A stretch of DNA of 64,000 bases from NCBI GenBank assembly GCA_009103225.1, contig RHPI01002533.1:152841-216840 (forward strand), given 5' to 3'. The notes under the pieces were generated by a model. It made no database searches and had not been told where the DNA came from. It saw nothing but the letters and a program-made list of their open reading frames with translations. The DNA comes from Chlorokybus atmophyticus (Eukaryota > Plantae > Mesostigma and Chlorokybus algae). The translations under genes were made by a program, and so were the position numbers. Numbering within the stretch: the first letter of the stretch is position 1; every line of letters begins with the position of its first letter. Positions 50,802 to 60,945 of this stretch are shown here, one piece after another.

Positions 50802-51604
50802 AGCCTCACTGGGGCTGACTGTGTTTTCTGAGTAGGCACAGGCGGTTTTACAGCGTCATGAAGCTGCTCAGCATCGTCCAGAAAACAGCCGGTGCGGCAC
50901 GAGCTGTCTAAGGTCAAAGCACCGACGCGCAGACGCTTGGAGGGTCTGACTTGTAGTGCAAAGAAGTTGATCGCCCTACAATACAACCAAGACGCGCTGC
51001 ATCACCGCATGCGGCATACATAGAGGTGGGTGACAAAAGTATGCAATAAGTGGGAGTACAGGCGGAGAGTGCGGTCTACACAGACCTCTGAGGATTGAAC
51101 GTGGTTGGAACCCAAACACGACATGGCCATCCGTAGTACGTTGTTGCCCCGCGCCTTCCTCGATATGATGGTGTTGTTGCTGCCGCAGCAACCCAGCAAT
51201 GTGAAAGAGCTATCCGCGGAGCAGAAGGTCGACCTGCTGCAACAGATGTATCTGTTGATGTTGTCGGGTCGAGGAGAGTCGAGGGTCACACTGTCTCGGG
51301 CCGCTGCAGGGAAAGTCATGCGTGCTAGCCCTGCTGCTGCATGTTATAACATGTAGCAAAAGTAAAAGATAACCCAGCTTGTATGGCGAGGAGTGCTTGG
51401 TGGAGCTGCTCCGCTGTTGCTGAGTCACACGGACATCGTCGCAATATGTTTTCCCTGCCGGCCGACTAAATATTGGCAACGGCCGTGCACCTGAGGACGC
51501 TAATTTAGACTGTCGTGGCTCAGGCCACCTGTAATCTTGATACAGGGACCTAATAGTAACTTTCGTTACTGTAAGGCCCTTTTTGTTACAATTTAGTCTT
51601 TAAC

Positions 51605-51890
51605 AGTTGACTTTGCCTAACTAACAGGCGCCTGTTAGTTACCTATCAGGCTCTATCAGGTGACTTTATAGAATGAACAGGCACCTGTTAGTTACACACC
51701 AGGCCGTAACAAATGACTTGGTGTAATTTACAGGCAACTGTTAGTCACACATCAGGCCTTATTAGGTGACTACAACCAATCAACGGGCACCTGTAAGTTA
51801 CACATCAGTCTTACCTAGGTGACTCGCCTATGTGACAGGCACCTACAGGTTACACACCAGTGCAGCGCAGGCGACTAAGCCTAATTCACA
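51605..51890. repeat. 53-bp tandem array (5 full units + partial)
   Basis: Units start at 51605, 51658, 51711, 51764, 51817 and 51869; the core hairpin is AACAGG-CA-CCTGTT. Confidence 0.92.
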
Positions 51891-52256
51891 ATTACCAACT
51901 AGGTAATTATCGTCAAAATAAGGCATTCTTCAACAACTGAAGGTGACCAATGCCTAACTGTCGTCATATGTATTTGCATAGCTTGACTACACGCGACTGT
52001 CACTGACTTCCAGCATTGTTATGTGCCCGTGCTGTGTACATGTACCTGAAATGTGTACAGTGTCTCTCAGTCACTTGCCAAGGCTTGTGGTTCGATTATG
52101 TGACTCGAATGCAGTTCTGTTGTATATCATAGGGATGCAAGTATTGATGTGCATGAGCATAATAACGATTGACTGAGCTGGTTTAAGATGCACAACACTC
52201 AGTCACAAGAGCCTTGTAGCTATGTACACTACCAGCTAAACGGACTACCAACTGCG

Positions 52257-54084
52257 CTACAGCTCCTCTCCATCAGCGCTGGTCTCGTCATTACGGAACA
52301 AAGCACCACGCGCTGGGGCCTGTGGAGGAGACGCCGGAGCTTGCTCTTCCTCCTCAAACGGTTGTGCCAGCCAATCAAATGCCGCTTCTGCCTCAGCGAG
52401 CGGGTCACGAGCTGCTGTCTCTTGCGGCCGGCGCCGATTGGGATCTTTCAGGTATTCGACACAAGATGCAGTGCGGCGTTTCACAAGGGTGAATGGCTGG
52501 AGGGCTGCGTACCGTTGCCTCATCTCCCGCTTCATTGACATGATCATGGTGTTGATTTCGCTGAGGTACTCTTCATGTGTGTCTATGCTGGCAGCTAGGA
52601 GAGGGTCTCCATCCTTGCCCTTTAGGATGCGCTCCACCTGCGTAGTTTACAGGCATGTCTTAGTGGCATCGAAAGCCACTATGATCTGCAACGCGTCTGC
52701 AAGCCTGTAGTTTGGGGCTACAGCGTTCCTGAATTGCTAATGATGGAGTTCAGAGTGCTCACCGTAAGCAACAGGTATGCGAGGTGGTTGACTGTCAGCT
52801 GCCGGCGACCAGGTGTAGTGACGGCGTAAGACCAGCATTGCACGATCATTTGCCAGATTATGGGATTGCCCCATTCATGGATGTATCTCCTCCGCTCCGG
52901 GTCTGCAGTGTCGGTCACCTCAAATCTCCGCCATGACTTGTCTGCGACAGTCATACCGACAAGGCATTAGTCACGAAATAGATAGTTCAAGTTGAGCCTG
53001 CACCAGGCTAGAATAGTGCCTGTGACTTACTTTGGAGCGCGTTGCGCATCTGGGCTTTTTGGGTCTCGGGGTTCATTAGGGCGTCGATGTGCCTGATTGA
53101 ATCGGTTACAATAGGCGAGATGAGTACGTGTGTATGGAGGCTGAGTAAGAAGGCAGTGTTGCATAGCAGACATGGTGGTGAGGGACCCAACTCACTTGCG
53201 CTTGTTGCTGTTAAACAGTGTCCACTTGTACTCCTTCTCAAGGACATGCTTGATCTTGGTGACGTTCTCAGACCGGACCTGCGTAGCTTTCTTCAGGGCG
53301 ACACTCCAGTGGAAGGGGCACTCCTTGGGAGTCCAGTACACCTCATAGAACTTGGCCGCATCGGCCTCGTCGTCATGGTCGAAGCCAACTACCTGTCACG
53401 GGCAGGTTGGTCAGTGTCACGGTGCAGTGCGGTCATGAAGCATTCACAGCACCTGACACATGACGTTACGAATAGTGTCCTCCTTGGGATAAACGTGGCT
53501 CTCTACCCAGTGGCCGTTTATGATTTCAACGACGGCATCTCGCAAATGCTGTCCACAGAAGAACAATCCGTTACACACATACACACAGTGTCACAGTGTC
53601 ACACAGTGCTTACCTCGTTGCCAATCTTCCACTTGCTTGGGGAAGGGTTGCTGACGGCCGAGGTTGCCACGTCACGGCCAAATGCGTTTGGGTTGGGGGT
53701 TCCAATCGACCCTCTGCAAGCACAACCACATGAGTCATGCTGCCAGCCATGAAAGATGCAACCCTCACAGTTGCAAAAGAAGAACAACGTGCACAGTGTA
53801 TCCAGAACGCATGCAGTGAGTCACTGTGCTAGTCATGATAGAAGCAAGCATCCAAGTTAGAAGTTGAGCAAGAAGCAACGTGCACAGTGCATCAAGAACG
53901 CATGCAGTCTAGCTTGCCCTTGCGACTGCGGTGTCAGGTGGAGTTGTTGTGATGTGCTGGGCGTTAGCGCGGGGTCTTGCTGCGATTGGTTGGCAACGGT
54001 TGCCTGGTTGAACACTGGGGGCAATGTGGACAACTGGCGCCGACCTCCACGACGAGGTGCACTTACGGATGGACCACGAGGCAT
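52257..54084 (-). CDS. Gene A, copy 2: spliced cargo gene of unknown function, apparently intact
   Basis: Exons: MPRGPSVSAPRRGGRR... | GSIGTPNPNAFG...WKIGNE | HLRDAVVEIINGHWVESHVYPKE... | VVGFDHDDEADAAKFYEVYWTPKECPFHW... | LHTHVLISP... | DKSWRRFEV...WGNPIIWQMIVQCWSY... | VERILKGKDGDP...DGEEL*. The first donor may be GC and was not verified. Confidence 0.65.
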
Positions 54085-54560
54085 CTCTCCAACTGATAGT
54101 CGGGTGCCGCCTGTTTAGCTGTAAGTGGCGCTGCCGCCTCCAACGCTGCCGCCGCCGGTTGGCCCGCCCGAATGTATGAGGCGCGAAAACGAAAATGAGG
54201 CGGTTTTGAACGTCTAGAGTCCCGCACTAGAGTCGCACTTGTAGTGCGTCCTTGCTCCTATGGTTGATGGTACGACTTATGCATTCGTGCCATGCATGCT
54301 TCGTACAACCATTGTTACCAATGGTTGTGTCGTAACATTTATGGTACGACAGAGGCATCTCTCGTCCAACCCCAGCGATTGCCGTACAATGGCTCTGTCG
54401 TACCATCCATGGTACGACAGAGGCATTGCTCGATCAGCCCAAATGGGAGTTAGCATGCACTCACCCAAACACGCTTCATTGATGGCCGGATGATGGCACG
54501 CAGGGGCACCAGGTCGATGACGGGTCGAATGTCAGGCTTGATGGGCCTGGGTTCGACTAG

Positions 54561-57463
54561 GAGGCGGAGGACCAGGAGTCGGAGGAGGCGGCGGCGGCGG
54601 CGGCGGCGTGGCACATCTTGCGAGAAGTTGTGGTCGTAAGAGTTCAAGCAGCGAAGCCAGCTACTACCGGTCGCCACGTCATGGATCATGGCAGGCGTCA
54701 GCAATGGGGCTGTCCAACATGCATCACCAACATTGGACAAACCAGCAGGCAAGCCATTAAAGACCATCTTCACACAGAGAGCTGCTTGGTGGCTCGCTTT
54801 CTGCAACAGGGAGTGGATCAGGAGCTGCAGTCCTTGGAGCCCCTTGTCAGAACCATGCGGGACCAGTTGCGGCTGTGGGAACAAGCACAAAGGAATGCAG
54901 AGGTACGCTCAACAGTCACATGCATTTCCTTGCAAGAGCAATTTGTTTTTTAGCGCAGTCCATGTGATATATGTAGCGTGGCTGCAGGCCTCCACTATTC
55001 ACCCATACCCACCCTACAGTCAAGCCGACATTGCGGAAGCAAGAGCAGATAGACAGAGCTGGGCGGCGGTATGTTGTTGCCAATCTCGCTGTGCATGTTG
55101 ACTGCAATGTCGGCTCCAATGCATGCCTACCTTTCCATGCTAGGATGTGCGTGAGCGTGCGAAGTCGCGCGCGCGTGCCGAACGAAGTAGGCTGGGTTTG
55201 AGCACAGGAGCGCGTGGCCATTCGTCCGGCATTCAACCAATAGTGCATCAACCAGCAATGACGCAGTCCATGCAATCATTCGTGCATCAACCAGCAATGC
55301 CGCAGGTGACTGTTCGAAGCAACCAACTGATGACGGTGTGACGCAGTTGACTATTGCAATTGCAGTGTCGCAAGCATGCAGCTAACCCACATGTGATTGG
55401 TTGACAGCACCACAGTGCACTAAGTCCTGTTGGAGCTCCTATGCAAGCCTGGATTCAATCCCATCAACTGGTCCTTCAATCCCACTTGCTGATGGGCGCG
55501 GCGGCAATGCGGCATCAGTTTAACATGCATGTTGGCCTGTTGAATCCCGACATGTCCATTGGGGCAGTGGCGCATGATGTGCCCATGGCTCAAGAGCTCC
55601 GTGACGAGTCTGCCATCGAGGGTGGCGGGGAGAGTGCAGCCAATACCACCTTGTCAGCCCCCATGGCTTCCCCTGCTCCATGCAGCCCACGGGCCATTGA
55701 GGTAAGTCGCTGTCTTTTATGCTCGTGCCTTGGTAACAATGCGTCAGGCACTGCATAAGCTTATATTCGTCCTTTGCAACATTGTGAGCCATCTTATCCT
55801 GGGTCCTGTATACAGCCCCCCTTGCTGCATGCACAAGTGGTCTCACCTGCAGCTCCTGCTCCCCTCCCAGCCAGAGCGCAACCACCTTCCGCGGCACCAG
55901 TCCTTCATGCACTGCCATCTCCTCCACGAGCAGCACCGGTGATTGCGGGGCAACAATCCTTCTTGCCGCCACCGGCGAGACCACAGCACAATGCAACAAC
56001 CGATGTGGCTTCTGCACCTACCTTACCCCACCCGCTGCAAGTTGAAGCCGGCAGTCTGCCCCAAACTCAGGTACTTTATCAGTCACTGTGACTCTTGCCG
56101 TCCACAGTTGGACACACCATGTGAGTGCTGTATGCGCATGCAGCAGGGGTCACCACCTGCCAGCGAGTCATCAGAGGAGCTGGCCGCAACCCGCATACGG
56201 CCATCAGTCATGCTAGGTGGCCAGCTCGCCTCATGGGACCACTTCAATGCGCCAACGGATGGTAATTGCTTCTACCATTGTGTATTTCGCGCCAGGCCAT
56301 CCATAGCGCAAAGTGTCCTGGATGATCACAAGTGCCCCAGCTCGAGCAGATTTTGGGCCATGCTGGACACCATGGACGACGACGGCAGGGGGCACACTCT
56401 CCGCAAAATCACCGCCAAGGCTGTCGATGCAGGCGTGGCGAGCAGAATCCTAGACTTCTGCAGAGCCACTGGTGCCGCGGGAGAGATGGCGCAGTATTAC
56501 GACAAACTGCCTGCGACCATGTTGGCTGATATCAACTGCAACATTGACCTAGCCATGGCCAAGGTGCGACAGATCGTGCGGAGAAAAGATGTGTACGTCG
56601 AGCACCTGCAGATGACCATGTTTGCCAACAAGCTGGGCTTGTTGATTGGCTGCGTGACCGTTCAGCGCGAGCATGGGGAGTGGGTGCCACGGCCCGGCAG
56701 CGCAGTTTGGGTTGGAAATAAAGAAGCCCCCAACTCAGTCCTGGTGGTGGGCAACACTGCTCCTGATGAGCCAGAAGCACACTTTTGGCTCCTCAAGCCT
56801 GCAAGCACCGAACAGTGGTCGTGGCCTATGCATGAAGTGCCACCGGAGGTAACACACCTGATCGGAGAGTGGCGGCATGGCGTTGCCAATTCCCCGCTAC
56901 CACCGGCTGTGACCCAGAGTGCTGCGCCAACGCCTCAGGCCTCGCCTTCGTGTGCTAGGCAAGAAGTAGCCGAGTGTTCTGCACATCCTGCCTCCCCTCA
57001 ACCACAGCCACATGCTCGCAATCCCAATTCAGCACCCTCCCTTCCTGCCGCGGAGACTCACTTGCCACCGCACTCTGACCATCCGGAGGCATCTCCATCA
57101 AGAAGCAGCTGTAGCTCGCCCTCTCCCTCTAAGCTTGCCACATTGATCCCAGCCTGTCTTGTTGGTAAAGAGATTGATCGAGGTGTCCTGAAAGCTGCGC
57201 TGAAAGACAAAGGCTTCATGCTCGACCTCATGAAGCAACATGAGGTCGTGGAGGAACGGGAGGCAACCAACAAGCGCAAGGCTGTGGAGCAAGAAGATAA
57301 CGCCTTACCTCCTCTGAGTGACAGTGCCACGGAGAGCGCCTGCCAGGATGTGCAGGGTGACAAAAAAAAAAAAAAGAAGGTTGTTGGAACAAAGGACGCT
57401 GACAGGACCAAAAAAGGAAAGGTGAGGCATCGTTACAACATTAGAAGAAGCACAGCGCCTTGA
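54561..57463 (+). CDS. Gene B, copy 2: C2HC-like zinc finger + Pro/Ala-rich linker + OTU-like cysteine protease + basic tail
   Basis: Six exons joined by phase-0 GT-AG introns. WGCPTCITNIGQTSRQAIKDHLHTESC; OTU catalytic PTDGNCFYHC and distal EAHFWLL; KKKKK NLS-like tail. The start codon is unresolved. Confidence 0.75.
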
Positions 57464-57521
57464 AGCCTCACTGGGGCTGACTGTGTGTCCTGAGTAGGCA
57501 CAAGCGGGTTTACAGCGTCAA

Positions 57522-58529
57522 GTGGCTGTTCAGCATCGTCCAGAGAGACAGCCGGTGCGGCACGAGCTGCCTAAGCTCAAAGCACCGACGCGTAGACGCT
57601 TTGGGGGGCTGACTCGTAGTGCAAAGGAGTTGATCACCCTACAGTACGCCCAAGACGCGCTGCATCACCGCATGCGGCATGCCTCGAGGTGGGTGACGAA
57701 AGTTTGCAATAAGTGGGAGCAAACGCGGAGAATGCGGTCTAAACAGACCTCTGGGGATTGGCCGTGGTTGAAACCCACACACGATATGGCCATCCGTAGT
57801 ACGTTGTTGCCCCTCGCCGTCCTCGATATGATGGTGTTGTTGCTGCCGCATCACCCCGGCAATGTGCAAGAGCTATCTGCGGAGCAGAACTTCGACCTGC
57901 TGCATTAGATGTACCTGTCGATGTCGACTAATGCGGGTCGAGATGTGTGCCACTACCTGAGCAAACATACTGGGTGGCAAGTAAAACCATTCGAGCTGTA
58001 CTTGGCATGCTTTGGCTGGCAGTGGCTGTATGTCATACGGCACGTCGAGCTGATTCTGTGGAAGCTCGAAGAAAATGACGATGCGGGGGAGTACACGAGT
58101 GACGACAGCCATGTCGAGGGCCTGGATGAACGCATACTGGACGAGACCAAGACCAGCAGGTGGTGTATGGCGGCAGATGGGCGTCAGGTGATCGAGCAGG
58201 CAGTGGAGCGTTATGCTGCGCCATTCAGATGGGAGTCGCTACGCCTGCGACGCGATAACAGAGTTTGGTGGCAGAGGCAGCTTGCACACCCGCGTGCACC
58301 ATGTGTGCTGATCTGTCGCATTGAGGAGCCACCCCCCCCAGCGGATGGGGAGACGCCCTGTTGCAAGAAAGCGATGTGCCATGTCTGCATCATAGCACAT
58401 CAGAAGACTGTGGCAAATAAATCAAAGAATCTACAAGCGTGTCCATTCTGCAAGCAACCTCACCCGTTTTGGTCGCCACGCCTGATGCAAGACGCCAACG
58501 TGTCGGCGGTGATTTGGCCCCCGCCTTGA
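57522..58529 (+). pseudogene. RING-finger protein gene with one premature stop
   Basis: C-terminal CVLIC...PCCKKAMCHVC...CPFC. In-frame TAG at 57906-57908 where copy 1 has CAG (LLQQMY). The ORF 57909-58529 alone still encodes the RING. Confidence 0.75.
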
Positions 58530-58809
58530 TGCCAATTGTGCATGTATTGTAGTTTTGTGTTGGCTTCCTGTGAACCATGTAGGTACATGTATAGTTGCAG
58601 CATGGTGCATGGTGCACCAGAGATCTGCTGTTGTTATGAGCATTGGCTGCACATGTGTATGATGACTGCCCGGCGCATAAGTCAGTGCATGGCTTGCATA
58701 CCTCGCTGGTTTAGAGCGTGGTTGACAGCAACAAACTCGGACAGCGCTATGGGTTCCATGGCATGACAGCACAGTATTACTCTACGATCGTGGTAGTATG
58801 CGAGTATCC

Positions 58810-58972
58810 TTGTACCGTAGTACCATTAACAAATAGAGTACCATTCATGTTGATGTAGTACCATGCATGGTACTACATCAATAGCGTATAAGGTACAGTC
58901 GTGCTTCACTTGAAGTTTGACCCATTTAGGGTTCGTAAGCTGGCAACCCTAAATTGATGCCCATACCCTAAA
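58810..58972. promoter_or_regulatory. Putative promoter of the methyltransferase gene: GTAC cluster, 32-bp palindrome, telo-box-like motifs
   Basis: Six GTAC in about 85 bp; TTGATGTAGTACCATGCATGGTACTACATCAA at 58850-58881; ATTTAGGGTT (58924-58933) / AACCCTAAAT (58945-58954). The regulatory role is inference from position. Confidence 0.45.
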
Positions 58973-59015
58973 GTCTCGCTCAGTTTGTGGGCAGCCGTGC
59001 CGATTCCTATTTTGC

Positions 59016-60742
59016 ATGATGTCGGCGGCAGCAGTTGAATCACCCTCACCTAGGAGACCATGCTTGGTGTGCCCACAATGCAATGCGTACGTATGTGCCA
59101 ATGGCCGTAGGCAGCAAATGCGAGCACACTTGACCGAATGCCAGCGAGTGCAGACAGTGTGCCACGGTTTTAGTGCTGCTTGCTGGCATCACACCACACA
59201 CAATGTCGACGTGTTTGGCTGCCGCCTCGGCCAAGTGCTGTGCAAGGAACCCGAGTTTTTCCATTGCGTGCAGTGCGTGTGCGAATCGTGCTCGCGCTCA
59301 TGCTTCGAGTGGCGAGGGGAACCCATGCGCTTCTTCACATGGACAACACCGGGACATGTGGTTAGTGGACAGGTGGTGGATGCTGTGGAGGTAATCCACA
59401 AGAGTGGACCGCGACGTATCACTGCATGTTATGTTGGGCGTATGCTTATTTCATGCATGTTGAAGCTGTTGTCGCATTCAGAGCAGTCTTGCACGGTGTG
59501 GGCGTGGGCAGTTCCATCCCCTGGCCGCTGTAGAGGAGGCAGACCATCGACCGTTGGACAGCGCACTGCATCGGCTGCGGAACGCAGTTAAGTTGGGATG
59601 CGAGCAGCTGATCGGTGTGAGTGTCATGGTGCATTGGCCGCTGGATGGGGAATGGTATGCGGGCGTTGTGGAATCATTCAAGCAAGCGTCAGGTCAGCAT
59701 CGCTTCGTGGCGTGCGAGATTGAGGACGCATCATATATGCATGGTGCAATGGAAAATGTCTTTGCAGGGCAGCACCGTATAGTATTCGATGACGGTGATC
59801 GACCACAAACCATCAACTTCAAAGGGCACAACGTATTCGCGTACACATCAGTTGACGGGGCACGCCATGTTCTGCGCGCCGGAGGGGAGAACGTCAGTCG
59901 CAAAGTAAGCCCGGACGGCATCATTGTTAGTCCCTGGCCAGCACCACGGCCAGCCTTGACCACATACACGCCATTTGACAACAAGCTGGGACGCACACGC
60001 AGACCAAGGGCACTCGACCTATTCTGCGGCGGTGGCGGTGCCAGTGTCGGTCTATACCACGCAGGCTTTGACGTGACCGGGATGGACATAAGTCCCTCCT
60101 CTGAGTACCCGCTGCCCTTCATACACCGCGATGTATGCACCCTGAGTGCAGGAGAGCTGAGCGAGTACGAGCTCATCTGGGCCAGTCCACCATGCCAGGC
60201 CTATTCAGGTGCTATCCCGGCACCTCAACGGGCGGCACATGGCACATCCTGTAGACACCAGGATATGATACCGCTCGTGCGACATCATACTGCTTGCAAG
60301 CCAGGTGAAGTTTGTGATTGAGCATGTGCAAGGAGCAGCTTCCTCATTCAGACCCAATCTGTCCCTTTGTGGCACGATGTTTGGCCTATCAACTTTCCGA
60401 CACCGTCTGTTTGAGACACAGCCAGTGGTAGCTACCCCACCAGCACGCTGCTCGCACGCGGGCAAGGCAGTTGGACTAATATCGCCGCACCTGTCCGCTA
60501 GCGCGAAGAAGACAATCGTGACATCTAACAAACAGCAGATGTACCCGGTCTATGGCCTTCCAAGCACCAGGGGCGGCATTGTTGCGTGGCAAACAGCGCT
60601 GGGAGTGCCATGGATGACCTCGGCCGTTTCCATAGCGAATGCAGTTCCTCCCGCAATGGCGGAGTGCATAGGGCGTCTCATGCTTGAAACAATGGATATG
60701 CGCTGTGACTACCCTCCTGTGTCATGGAACTATGAGGCTTGA
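59016..60742 (+). CDS. Cys-rich zinc finger + Tudor + C5 cytosine DNA methyltransferase (one frameshift near 60280)
   Basis: Predicted introns 59391-59481 and 59693-59767 keep the frame. Tudor LIGVSVMVHWPLDGEWYAGVVESFKQASGQHRIVFDDGD. MTase motifs I LDLFCGGGG, II GMDI, IV WASPPCQAYS, VI VIEHV, VIII LCGTMFGL..FRHRLF and X IANAVPPAMAECIG. The frame shifts at GTGCGAC (60277-60283). Confidence 0.88.
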
Positions 60743-60945
60743 GTGTGGTGCACTGTATTGATGCTTAATGCCACACGGCGGACTGATTGTTGAATGTTGC
60801 ATGGATCATTCGATTGTGGTGACAGTTGTGCAGTGACAGCTGCCCGGTATTGTACACGTCCACATGCAAAAGTCTTAGCATACGATTAGCAATGCCTAAC
60901 TGACTGATATGCTCCAAACTGAGAGTAGTGAGACAAGTACATGTG

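Larger units (their letters stand above)
44886..51265. mobile_element. Decayed, truncated copy (copy 1) of the left arm of the large cargo element
   Basis: Colinear with 51432-57930 (offset about 6546 at the left end): same terminus, repeat array, gene A, gene B and the start of the RING gene. Carries multiple stops and frameshifts. Confidence 0.9.

Noticed and set aside
45059-51890. 53-bp arrays as CRISPR-like loci
   Set aside because: The units are degenerate tandem repeats without unique 25-45-nt spacers, there are no cas genes, and the context is a eukaryotic TE.
60277-60304. 28-nt GT-AG intron that would remove the methyltransferase frameshift
   Set aside because: It is far shorter than other introns here and would delete a helix expected before motif VI. 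A 2-nt deletion in GTGCG(CG)AC restoring VRDIILLASQVKFVIEHV is more parsimonious.
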